A stretch of DNA of 50,504 bases from a virus. Taxonomy: Duplodnaviria > Heunggongvirae > Uroviricota > Caudoviricetes. Below the pieces are notes generated by a model that did no database searches, was not told the DNA's origin, and was given only the letters and a program-made list of their open reading frames with translations. How positions within the stretch are numbered: the stretch's first letter is position 1; every line of letters starts with the position of its first letter. The position numbers and the translations under genes were made by a program. This document shows positions 17,509-26,074 of the stretch, one piece after another. Location of the stretch: the IMG/VR virus record IMGVR_UViG_3300050821_008494. One strand, 5' to 3'.

Positions 17509-17720
17509 CTACCATAGTCAGCAAACGATGGTTCTACGAGTCTCACTACGGTCCTACTGTTTCCGCTAATTGCGGTCACAGTATCAAGAGGGCTCAGAAA
17601 TGGCTTGACGACGCGAGAGCCTCTCACATGAGCTTCCCCAAAGCGAAGCCTATGGAAGAACGTCTTGTCAAAGTAACAATCATCGAAGTCTACACGGAGG
17701 AAGACCTACGTCAAAGCTAA
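17505..17720 (+). CDS. Hypothetical protein
   Basis: ATGA start inside the track ORF 17496. Confidence 0.55.
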   Translation: MTTIVSKRWFYESHYGPTVSANCGHSIKRAQKWLDDARASHMSFPKAKPMEERLVKVTIIEVYTEEDLRQS

Positions 17721-17992
17721 TCGAGGTCTGCTGTGCGGAATGTGGGGACGGCCTTGGCCTCTGGTATCCAGACCCATACCCTCGCAACGTCTACTGCGAA
17801 GACTGCTACGAAGCTCAAGACAGCAGCCCTTGCGAGCAAGAGAAGGAGGACCTAGAGCAGCAGGTAGAAGAACTCGAATCCGAGAAGCAGAACCTTGAGA
17901 CCGAGTTGGAAAGAGCCGAAGCAGAGTTGCAAGAGGCCGAGATAAGAGAGGCTGACTTGGAACAACAGTTGGAGGACCCGGTCGAGGCATGA
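17708..17992 (+). CDS. Zn-finger + coiled-coil protein missed by the track (non-canonical start, ACG candidate)
   Basis: Reads SKLIEVCCAECGDGLGLWYPDPYPRNVYCEDCYEAQ...EKEDLEQQVEELESEKQNLETELERAEAELQEAE...DPVEA*; ends in an ATGA overlap. No ATG/GTG/TTG in frame after the stop at 17606; GGAGG lies 7 nt before ACG. Confidence 0.6.
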   Translation, partial: TSKLIEVCCAECGDGLGLWYPDPYPRNVYCEDCYEAQDSSPCEQEKEDLEQQVEELESEKQNLETELERAEAELQEAEIREADLEQQLEDPVEA

Positions 17993-18480
17993 CTCCTGTA
18001 AACATACTCTCCGGAGAGAACAGTGAGGCTTATGTAGACAGGCATAAGATAAGGGCAGGTATGTCGGCAACGACTCCTGTCCAACTCTCGGAGCGCCAAG
18101 CGTTAGCTGAGAGCAAATACCTCGGCCTCCGAGCAGGCTTCTGCCCGAAGTGCGAGTGCCCATACTGCTTCCACACAATCGTTGACTTAGACGGAAACTC
18201 GTTCATCCTAGAGCAGTGCTTCGGACCCGGCTGTGTAAGGTTCGGCACATTCAGCGACTACAGAAACACTCTACCCGGAACCTGCGACACGAAGGTCATC
18301 TTCAACGTCACATCAATCGAATACTACCCCAAGGAGAAAGTCGGAGCAGGAGGTCCTACCGCTCGGCGTTCGAGGAGCGGCCCCATTAAGACGTCAGGCC
18401 CGATGCCGGGCAAGTCGTCTAGACAGGGACAACCCCTCTCCAGCCCGACCTCCAAACTTCAAGGGAGAGCACCTGTATGA
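17989..18480 (+). CDS. Zn-binding hypothetical protein
   Basis: CPKCECPYC...QCFGPGC. Confidence 0.6.
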   Translation: MTPVNILSGENSEAYVDRHKIRAGMSATTPVQLSERQALAESKYLGLRAGFCPKCECPYCFHTIVDLDGNSFILEQCFGPGCVRFGTFSDYRNTLPGTCDTKVIFNVTSIEYYPKEKVGAGGPTARRSRSGPIKTSGPMPGKSSRQGQPLSSPTSKLQGRAPV

Positions 18481-18899
18481 ATTCCCGCGAATGCAAGAGA
18501 TGCGGTAAGAGCTTTCCCCTTCGACACCCTCAGAGGCACAGCCACGACATAAAGCAGGACTGCAGTCTAGTTGACGTCTTTCTAGGAGGAAAGCCCGTAA
18601 TGATATGCGTGACTTCGGTGAAACCATAATGATGAACAAAGGGAGTCCAGCGGCCAACCCTTCAAAGGAGCGGGCAGAATTACCCTGTAGAGCTGGTGCG
18701 CACATACGCCAATACTCTCCGTTGGCTCCCGTTCATTCATCTCAGGAGCAGAACTAGCAATGCCAAGTCTCAAGATACGTTTCAGGGAGAAGTCAACCCA
18801 ACCCGGCATAGTGAATCCTTGGATGAGAGCTAGGAGCCAGAAAGAAGTCGAAGCATACTCAAAGGCCCACAAGCTCGTTGTTCTGGAGGTCGAGGAAGA

Positions 18900-19226
18900 T
18901 TGACCGACATCCTAGCCGTCGCAGCGGCATTCGAGTTCGTATTGTTGCTATTGATACTCTTCGGGCTAGTAATCTATTATGCCCTAATCCCTCATCTGAG
19001 GAGAGTTACTTGGACATTCCAAGACCTCTGGTTTCTCAGCGCCATAATCGAGTTCTGGGTATTCATTGCCATTTCGTTTTCAATCTACGGCAACGGAGGA
19101 GCGTGGGGCAGTTTCTTCGCGTTCTACCTCTTCACCGCAATACTGCTGAATATTGGAGTCGCCTACTACGGCCACAAGTCTGGAAAATGGGAGCTTGTGG
19201 AAGACACTAGGAGCGTGACGGATTGA
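18900..19226 (+). CDS. Three-TM membrane protein
   Basis: Hydrophobic; TTGA coupling. Confidence 0.65.
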   Translation: MTDILAVAAAFEFVLLLLILFGLVIYYALIPHLRRVTWTFQDLWFLSAIIEFWVFIAISFSIYGNGGAWGSFFAFYLFTAILLNIGVAYYGHKSGKWELVEDTRSVTD

Positions 19227-20035
19227 TGGCTCAGGCCATATTCCCGATGAAGCGCGTAGACTCCTGCGAGCGCTTCAAGAAGCCTCACGTCCACATCATT
19301 ACCGACTTAGGCAAGGAGACCTGCGACACCCCTCTCTTCGTCCTCAAGAGAGAAGCAGCCCTCCTAAGTCCCGGTGTCTCGAAGAAGGCACCAGTTACGC
19401 TGATGGCAAAGAAATCGACGAAGGCGTCATCAGACCACGGAACGAAGAAAAAGCAAACTCCTGCCAAGGCAACCAAACCTCGCAGCGCACCTGCGAAACC
19501 CACACCAGCACCAAAGGCTCCGAAGGCACCAACCTTCTACCCTAGCGAACCCAACAAGGAGATTCGGAAGAAGGCCAGCGAACTGCACGGAGGCGAAGGG
19601 CAGTTCAGGGCCAACTCCTTCCTCACTTGGAACCACGCCGTCATCTTCTCGGCACGCTTGAGGGAAAACCTCCCCTTCAAGTATGTCGGAAAGAACAATC
19701 GCGTATCCATCCAAGTGGACGTATTCGAGGACCGCATCGTCCTCTCCAGATACGTCCCTCCATCCGCAGCCCAGAGGTTCAACACCAAGAACAAGGATGA
19801 TGCGGAAGCACTCAAGCTCAGTGGCATCGCGTCACTGACTTGGAACTACGCAATTATCATCCCAAGTCACTTGACCAAGAGCACGGGTGTCAAGTCCTAC
19901 CATCTAGAAGGCTTCGAGGCCTTCCACTACACGAGCAAGACCAGCAAGGCTCACGTCCAGCAGGAAGTTATCGGAGACACTGTGGTGTTGTCTGTCTACA
20001 CACCACCTACGGAATCCAAAGCCCGTCAGAAGTAG
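19223..20035 (+). CDS. Protein with two AbrB/MazE-like domains and a Lys/Pro/Ala linker (candidate regulator)
   Basis: SFLTWNHAVIFSARL...QVDVFEDRIVLS and ASLTWNYAIIIPSHL...QEVIGDTVVLS; the latter matches the helicase C-terminus ASLTWNYAIKIPK. Confidence 0.55.
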   Translation: MMAQAIFPMKRVDSCERFKKPHVHIITDLGKETCDTPLFVLKREAALLSPGVSKKAPVTLMAKKSTKASSDHGTKKKQTPAKATKPRSAPAKPTPAPKAPKAPTFYPSEPNKEIRKKASELHGGEGQFRANSFLTWNHAVIFSARLRENLPFKYVGKNNRVSIQVDVFEDRIVLSRYVPPSAAQRFNTKNKDDAEALKLSGIASLTWNYAIIIPSHLTKSTGVKSYHLEGFEAFHYTSKTSKAHVQQEVIGDTVVLSVYTPPTESKARQK

Positions 20036-20047
20036 TGTCTCCGACGC

Positions 20048-20060
20048 TCCCCTTTTTTAT
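20048..20060 (+). terminator. Archaeal-type oligo-T terminator
   Basis: CCCCTTTTTTAT just after the stop at 20035. Confidence 0.5.
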
Positions 20061-20128
20061 CGCGTGTCTGCAAAATAACCGTCTACAATTTCGCCTATAT
20101 ACTCGGGAAGACGAGCGCGGACTTCCCA

Positions 20129-21043
20129 ATGAGTTCATCGGAACAAACGCAGCTTGTCTACCCTCCGCTCGTGTTAGACAGGATTGGCGAAATCAGTCAG
20201 AAGACGAGCATCCCCGTAGACACTCTCAAGGTTGACTACGAGGCAATCTTTCTGGACCCATTCATCCAGAAGGACCCGCAGTTTCAGAACGACGACGAAC
20301 GTCACAAGTTCGCGGTCGCAACACTGTGGACGAGGTTTGTCGGTCGGGCTCCTCTGTTCGATGTCAGCGTCATCCCGGTCGGCGTAACACCGAAGCGCCT
20401 TTCGAAGGCAGGCAAGCTTTACGCCAGCCTCTTCGTCCTAGTCAAGGACAAGTCAGGGGTCCTCCAGCTCAAGAGGGTCTCCTTCAACGGAGACAACACA
20501 TCTCAGCTCTCCGAGATAACCAACTTCAACGGCTACGTTGCGAAGCTCGGAAAGTTCAAGGGCACAGAGGACTACATCGCAGACTCCCGGACGAAGTGGG
20601 AGAACCCACATCCTCTTCCTGCAGAACGAAAGCCAGCAGACCTTCTGAAGAACCTCCAAGCAATCAAGCGCATCCCTCTCGACAAGGTCTCCTCCTACCC
20701 GAGCGCACGAGACGCCCAAGGCTACGCGAACACCCTCGACTGGAGAGTTGTCCGCGCAATGGTCTGGCGCAAGCAGAGCGGAGTCGCCAAGAACGGGACA
20801 GAGTGGGCTCAATACGTGATAGGTGATGACACGACCGGACGAGAGGACAAGGTCGGCAAGGACGGCAAAGTCATACCCGCAGGCCTCACGGTCTGGTGTG
20901 ACAAATCAGTCAACACCTACAACGTAGAGGACGAGTGTGACTTCTACGGCACCATCGACATCAGCAAGAAGGACAGCAGCATCTCCATGAACGCCTACCT
21001 AGTCCTCCCGGTCCACGCGAGACCGGCAGAAGCAGGCGCATAG
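20129..21043 (+). CDS. RPA-like ssDNA-binding protein (two OB-fold-like regions)
   Basis: Beta-rich segments with aromatic/basic strands (GKLYASLFVLVKD; NGTEWAQYVIGDD...LTVW...FYGTI); heads the replication operon. Fold is inferred. Confidence 0.5.
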   Translation: MSSSEQTQLVYPPLVLDRIGEISQKTSIPVDTLKVDYEAIFLDPFIQKDPQFQNDDERHKFAVATLWTRFVGRAPLFDVSVIPVGVTPKRLSKAGKLYASLFVLVKDKSGVLQLKRVSFNGDNTSQLSEITNFNGYVAKLGKFKGTEDYIADSRTKWENPHPLPAERKPADLLKNLQAIKRIPLDKVSSYPSARDAQGYANTLDWRVVRAMVWRKQSGVAKNGTEWAQYVIGDDTTGREDKVGKDGKVIPAGLTVWCDKSVNTYNVEDECDFYGTIDISKKDSSISMNAYLVLPVHARPAEAGA

Positions 21044-21053
21044 GTGAACCGGC

Positions 21054-21962
21054 GTGGCAGACGACTTCGACTCCTTCTTCGGGAGCAATCAGGCTACAGA
21101 GCCTGCTCCCGCAGAAGAGAGGCCCGCCGACACACCTACATCTTCAGAGATGGCAGAACCTCAGCAAGGCCCTCCTCCAGAGGCTTCAGGGCACGGTAGA
21201 GCCAAGTCAGTAGAGATGCTGGCAAAGCCGAAGCCCGACGACCTCCCAGAACCTGCTCCAGAAGACACGGCAAAGGAGGTCTACCTGTTCTTCGGCGAGA
21301 AGAACGACGGCAAGACCTACGCTGCCCTGTCGATGCCCGGAAACATCCTAGCTCTCTCCTTCGACGGCAAGACATCCATAGTCAAGAAGCGCAGCTACAA
21401 CAACGACCCTCGCATCCAAGTCTTCGACGCACTCATACGCGAGGACTACTCCTCTCCGGAGGCCGAGCTTGTGTCCAGCAAGGTAGCCATGGCATACATC
21501 AACGAAATCCTCGACAAGGCGAAGGCCAACCCTCCGGACTGGGTCCTCATCGACGGCTCTGAAATCTTCCAGAAGCTCGCCGAGTCTCTGATGCGCCACA
21601 ACCAGAGCATCTCCCCATTCGGAGGAGTTCAATGGACTTCGTGGAAGGAAAGACGCTTCCACATCCGCTCTCTCCACGAGAAGGCCATACGCCTTGCCAA
21701 GCGCGGAGTCATCTACACGACCTACGTTGACAAGGACGAGATTGTAGTTGATGGCCAAATCAAGGCACGCACCGACGTTCCCAAGTGGCTCGATGCCGTC
21801 CTCTACTCCGTAGACGAAGTCATCAGGGTCAAGGCAGCTACAGTTGGCACAGAGCGCCGCTACATAGCTCGCATCGAGGGGAGCAAGCTGCGTCCGAAGA
21901 ACTCCGGTAAGGAGTTCGACATTACAGGCAAGGGCGTCAAGGAACTCATCCCGAGTTCCTGA
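21054..21962 (+). CDS. Sak4/AAA_24-like RecA-fold ATPase
   Basis: YLFFGEKNDGKT Walker A, LSFDG, VLIDG Walker B, acidic Pro-rich N-terminus; next to the SSB. Confidence 0.7.
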   Translation: MADDFDSFFGSNQATEPAPAEERPADTPTSSEMAEPQQGPPPEASGHGRAKSVEMLAKPKPDDLPEPAPEDTAKEVYLFFGEKNDGKTYAALSMPGNILALSFDGKTSIVKKRSYNNDPRIQVFDALIREDYSSPEAELVSSKVAMAYINEILDKAKANPPDWVLIDGSEIFQKLAESLMRHNQSISPFGGVQWTSWKERRFHIRSLHEKAIRLAKRGVIYTTYVDKDEIVVDGQIKARTDVPKWLDAVLYSVDEVIRVKAATVGTERRYIARIEGSKLRPKNSGKEFDITGKGVKELIPSS

Positions 21963-21963
21963 C

Positions 21964-21980
21964 CTCCTTCTTTTTCTCCA
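21964..21980 (+). terminator. Pyrimidine/oligo-T terminator-like tract
   Basis: CTCCTTCTTTTTCTCC after the stop at 21962. Confidence 0.4.
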
Positions 21981-21990
21981 AGTGACTTAG

Positions 21991-22767
21991 ATGAACCTGA
22001 CGACCGACTCCGGAAGGCTTCAATCTCTTCTTGCTCATGCCTTGATGGGAACAAAGCCTCTCCAGACCTCGGCAACAGTCATGTGGAGCGAGGAGAGCGT
22101 TCATTTGGGCTCCATGTTCCTCTCAGTCGTCTCCTGCTATGGCAACTTCAAGAAGGCCTACTTTGCAAACGGTAACGCCGGTATGTCTCGCTACTCAGCT
22201 CAAGGCAAGGAATACATGGTGCTGACAAACTCTCTTCTGAAACGTCTCGGCACTTCGTTCGGTCAGAGGACCGTCAACTTCTCTACTGACAAGGAGAAGA
22301 TGTATGTCTTGGCAGAAGGCAAGCCCAAGACCGACTACGAGGAACATCTCAAGAAGCCCGAGGAAGTCGTGACTCCAGAGAAGTTCCCAATCCCTATGGC
22401 AACTACAGAATGGGGCTTCCTCCCGAAGACCATCAAGGACCTTTCAATGAAGTTCTTCGTCAAGTCCTCCGACCTTCGCTTTCCTTCAGCTGATGAGATA
22501 ACCTTCGAGTATTCTGGCAAGGCTCTCAGATACAAAATAGAGGACGTTGGAAAACTCGGCCAAGAGATAGAACTCATAGCCCAGTCTGAGGAGTCAAAGG
22601 CTGCCGGTGCGGCAGCATTCACGAAGGTATCAGGAACCTACCTCCAGCCTGTCTTGAGCGCCCTCGAAGGCAACGTGTGGCTCATACTCTTCAAGGAAGC
22701 CCTCATCATCAGCGAGACCGACGACAACCACAGCATTACCTACTTGATGGGAGCGAAGAAGTCTTGA
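21991..22767 (+). CDS. Divergent PCNA-like sliding clamp
   Basis: 258 aa with two-domain alpha/beta periodicity; C-terminal VSGTYLQPVLSALEGNVWLIL...LIISETD...ITYLMG resembles the PCNA end; RFC and PolB are in the same window. Confidence 0.55.
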   Translation: MNLTTDSGRLQSLLAHALMGTKPLQTSATVMWSEESVHLGSMFLSVVSCYGNFKKAYFANGNAGMSRYSAQGKEYMVLTNSLLKRLGTSFGQRTVNFSTDKEKMYVLAEGKPKTDYEEHLKKPEEVVTPEKFPIPMATTEWGFLPKTIKDLSMKFFVKSSDLRFPSADEITFEYSGKALRYKIEDVGKLGQEIELIAQSEESKAAGAAAFTKVSGTYLQPVLSALEGNVWLILFKEALIISETDDNHSITYLMGAKKS

Positions 22768-22976
22768 GCATACCTCCTCTGAAAATCTTCAAGTGCAAAC
22801 GCTACAAGGAAGCCTCTGACAACTGGCGTGGGGCTCTCATCATAGTGGCTTCGACTGAGGAAGAGGCAAGGGCCTTCTTCATGGATTATGGTTGGGGTGA
22901 CCGCTCTCCTCCAGAATCAATAGAAGAGATTGGGATTGCAGGCAAAGGCGTAATCTACGACGACCACGAGAGATGA
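22764..22976 (+). CDS. Hypothetical protein (70 aa)
   Basis: TTGA start; MSIPPLKIFKCKRY...IIVASTEEEAR. Confidence 0.55.
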   Translation: MSIPPLKIFKCKRYKEASDNWRGALIIVASTEEEARAFFMDYGWGDRSPPESIEEIGIAGKGVIYDDHER

Positions 22977-23048
22977 GGCGTGTATGCAATCCAGCCAGCT
23001 ACAGGTCAGCTTAACTTCCGGGAGCCCTAACACGGGGACTTGGTGCGT

Positions 23049-23447
23049 ATGACTTCATTCGAAGAATACCAGAGCCTTGCTCACACTACAGCGAGGTATG
23101 ACACAGATTGCAAGATGAAGGTCGGCGTAGTCCGGCCAAACAACGGACCCTCCGCAGGGATTCCAAAAGTGGACTTCAAGGACGTCCCGGTCTATCCATT
23201 CCTCAAGTCAACAGCAGAGGCAGCAGAGACCCTCGACAAAGTCGTCAAGGTCCGCTTCCGTGGAGACGCTCCGGGCTACCTGATGAAGGACGACTTGGTG
23301 AAAGAGATTGGGGACGACCTCTGGTATATCGCCGAGCGCTGCACAGTCCTCGGGGTCAGCATGGAGGAGGTCGCACGCATCAACCTTGAGAAGCTCGCAT
23401 CACGGAACGCACGTGGCGTAATCCACGGCTCAGGAGACAACCGCTGA
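23049..23447 (+). CDS. mazG: MazG-like NTP pyrophosphohydrolase
   Basis: EAAET...KEIGDDLWYIA...MEEVARINLEKLASRNARGVIHGSGDNR, the phage MazG signature. Confidence 0.9.
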   Translation: MTSFEEYQSLAHTTARYDTDCKMKVGVVRPNNGPSAGIPKVDFKDVPVYPFLKSTAEAAETLDKVVKVRFRGDAPGYLMKDDLVKEIGDDLWYIAERCTVLGVSMEEVARINLEKLASRNARGVIHGSGDNR

Positions 23448-23731
23448 TGGCTCGCCTCACATTCTCCAAAGAGGAAGAGTTCAGGTCGTGGGTTCAAGAC
23501 CACGCAACCCCAGACCGCTACGAGATGTATACAACTTCGAGAGGCGACATCCTCGTAGCTCCTACCAAGTCAACCAGGACCCTTCACCAAGCTGTGATAA
23601 GATTCGAGCAGAAGGAGCAGGTCGCCAAGTTCATGGCTTTGGCAAAGGAGAAGGGCTTCAAGGTCTACACAATAGACTCCGTCATCTGGGACATAGAGAA
23701 GAGCCCGTCGCAAGAGAGACCAGAGGATTGA
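23447..23731 (+). CDS. Hypothetical protein
   Basis: TGATG coupling. Confidence 0.6.
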   Translation: MARLTFSKEEEFRSWVQDHATPDRYEMYTTSRGDILVAPTKSTRTLHQAVIRFEQKEQVAKFMALAKEKGFKVYTIDSVIWDIEKSPSQERPED

Positions 23732-23880
23732 TTTCTATGGCTCAAGCTCAGTCCTCAGAGCAGCATTGCCGGGAATGTTGCGACCTCCCATCATACAATC
23801 CTAGCAATCATTGCGGAGGTCAGTGCGACAAAGACTGTCCCTGCTTCGGAAAGCCTCCAAGACCAGAAGGAGGAAACTGA
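23728..23880 (+). CDS. Cys-rich micro-protein
   Basis: TTGA start; HCRECCD...HCGGQCDKDCPC. Confidence 0.5.
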   Translation: MISMAQAQSSEQHCRECCDLPSYNPSNHCGGQCDKDCPCFGKPPRPEGGN

Positions 23881-23881
23881 G

Positions 23882-24871
23882 ATGGAAGACCGCTTCATTC
23901 ATCAGTTGTTCGCGCCTTTCACCCGCGACGTTGGCAACCCTGCCCGCATCCGGATAAACTCCTACGAGGAGTTCAAGTCATTCGTTGCCCAGAACTCCGG
24001 CAAGGCCCACTGCTTCTGCGAAGTATACCCAGCACCATACTTGAAGTTGAGTTCCATCTTCTACGATTTCGATGGCCCCGCAGCCTACTCGGAGTCCGCA
24101 GCCTTCTACAAGTATCTCATGATGGACCGCCAAATCCCTACCATCCCTCTCGACAGCGGCAAGAAGGGAGTCCATCTCCACGTCTTCACCAAGCCTCATA
24201 CTTTCAAGGACATCCAAGAGGCGAAGAAATCTCTCGCAGCTACAGCGGTCATCCTTCTGACAGAGTTCTCGAAGAAGCCTCTGACATCAATCGACACCCA
24301 CGTGATAGGGGATGTCCGTCGTTTCTGCCGAATCCCCGGAACTCTCCGAGACGACGGCAACAACTGGTGCACTTACCTCCCTCCAGACTTCATACACATG
24401 AGTGAGGAAGAGCTTGCCCTTCACCGCAAGGCTCCACACTACTACGATTACAACCTGCCTATTCGCCGTCTTGAGTTCTCAGTAGTAACCGACAACTTTG
24501 ACTTCGTCTCTACCGTCTACTCAAACTCCACACCTACAGCGGACGGCCTCACCCAAACTCAGATGGCGGCAGCTACCCCTCCGGAGACCAAAATCATGAC
24601 ATACCTCCAGCGTGTCATGAGGCCTTGTTTGTTTGCGGCCTTCACAGCTTCGAATCCGAGACATCATACTAGGGTCGCCTCGGTAGTAGACCTCAAGGGA
24701 GCAGGGTTCACCCAGAGAGAAATAGAGACCTTCATTGCGCAGCTTCACTGGGTTGACTACGACCCGGCAGTAACCCATGTGCAAGTCAGTCACATATTCT
24801 CGAAGTCCTACCTCTCATACTCTTGCCGGACTCTTCAGCAACTAGGAATCTGCGATGGGAAGCACCTATGA
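23882..24871 (+). CDS. priS: Archaeo-eukaryotic primase: PriS catalytic domain fused to a PriL-CTD-like domain
   Basis: IFYDFDG, DSGKKGVHLH and GDVRRFCRIPGT motifs; C-terminal RPCL...HHTR...DYDPAVTHVQVSHI...YSC..LQQLGIC. Confidence 0.85.
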   Translation: MEDRFIHQLFAPFTRDVGNPARIRINSYEEFKSFVAQNSGKAHCFCEVYPAPYLKLSSIFYDFDGPAAYSESAAFYKYLMMDRQIPTIPLDSGKKGVHLHVFTKPHTFKDIQEAKKSLAATAVILLTEFSKKPLTSIDTHVIGDVRRFCRIPGTLRDDGNNWCTYLPPDFIHMSEEELALHRKAPHYYDYNLPIRRLEFSVVTDNFDFVSTVYSNSTPTADGLTQTQMAAATPPETKIMTYLQRVMRPCLFAAFTASNPRHHTRVASVVDLKGAGFTQREIETFIAQLHWVDYDPAVTHVQVSHIFSKSYLSYSCRTLQQLGICDGKHL

Positions 24872-25275
24872 GCGAACACACCAATGCCTTCTGGGAGCGC
24901 TACGTCAAAGCCCTCGACGAAGGCCGAGGAGTCTACGAGGAGTTGAAAGTCCTCGAACAGCTCCCTACTTGGAGCGAGAAGAAATCATTTCTCGGGAAAC
25001 ACCAATACAACTACTCCATGATGACACCAAGCTCCATGTCGAGCTACCTCAATGACCTAATCGACTACATGAGGACCCTTCAACTGATTGAGCTTCGTGC
25101 TCTTCGCAACGGAATGGAGCGAGACCTCAACGATGCCGAACTCTTCATGAAGAATGCGAAGTATGCAGACGTCCCGGCCTACCATGCGGCAGCTCTGAAG
25201 CGCATAGACAATCTCACTGAGGAACTCTTGGAGAAGACAGGGCAAACAGAATCGGAGGTTGTGGCACAATTATGA
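24868..25275 (+). CDS. Hypothetical helical protein
   Basis: ATGA start at 24868. Confidence 0.6.
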   Translation: MSEHTNAFWERYVKALDEGRGVYEELKVLEQLPTWSEKKSFLGKHQYNYSMMTPSSMSSYLNDLIDYMRTLQLIELRALRNGMERDLNDAELFMKNAKYADVPAYHAAALKRIDNLTEELLEKTGQTESEVVAQL

Positions 25276-25466
25276 TGAGGCTCTCTTGCCCGGAGGTCCG
25301 TTGCCGGACTCTCATGTTCCCGGAGAAGGAGAAAGTCATCGTCTACAATTCAGATGAAGACAGCAAGAAAGATTTCTCTACCGGGTTCACTACAGGCGAA
25401 GTCTACGTTTGCAAGAGGACCTATCAACATACTAGCGGCAAGGACATATCGGTCATCGTAATATGA
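25272..25466 (+). CDS. Small Zn-ribbon-like protein
   Basis: CPEVRC...YVC...H. Confidence 0.5.
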   Translation: MMRLSCPEVRCRTLMFPEKEKVIVYNSDEDSKKDFSTGFTTGEVYVCKRTYQHTSGKDISVIVI

Positions 25467-26074
25467 ATCGTCTCCTCCAAGCTCTCGCATTCGTAGACAT
25501 AGAGACTTCCGGCCTCAAGGTGGAACGCCATGGAATCCTAAGTCTCGGAGCCGTCAGTCTCGCCAATCCATCCAAGACCTACTATGCAGAATGTCAGCTC
25601 GAAGTCCGGAAGAAGCTCAACCCAGAAGCCCTCGTGTTCAACGGCTTCACTGAAGAGGACATCCGGAGTCCTACAAAGATTGGCGCGATAGACCTCATCA
25701 AAGGCTTCGAGGCATGGTCAACTGACTTAGGCATCTACGTCCTCGGAGGGCACAACACATGGTTCGACTCAGGATTCATAGAGGAAGCCTACGACCACTA
25801 TGGAATCCATTGGCGCTTCGGACATCGCATCGTAGACCTCCACTCCGTCTTCTACGCCGACCTCATGAGGCGCAACGTCCAAGTTCCTCCTGTTGGCTTC
25901 GTCCTCGATGTAATCCTCCAGTCTGTTGGCCTTCCTATACGCAAGGGACCTCACAACGCCCTCGATGACGCCAAGCTCGAAGCCGAGGCCTTCTCCAGAA
26001 TCGTTCACAAGGAGAGGGTCATCGAAGAGTTCAAGTCCTTCCCAATACCGGACGAAATAGTTGTAGCTCCATGA
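25463..26074 (+). CDS. DEDDh 3'-5' exonuclease (DnaQ-like)
   Basis: FVDIETSG, GHNTWFD, HNALDDA. Confidence 0.92.
   Translation: MNRLLQALAFVDIETSGLKVERHGILSLGAVSLANPSKTYYAECQLEVRKKLNPEALVFNGFTEEDIRSPTKIGAIDLIKGFEAWSTDLGIYVLGGHNTWFDSGFIEEAYDHYGIHWRFGHRIVDLHSVFYADLMRRNVQVPPVGFVLDVILQSVGLPIRKGPHNALDDAKLEAEAFSRIVHKERVIEEFKSFPIPDEIVVAP

Noticed and set aside
23574-23578. Complete CCWGG avoidance
   Set aside because: CCWGG looks scarce but CCAGG occurs here; a count is needed before claiming depletion.
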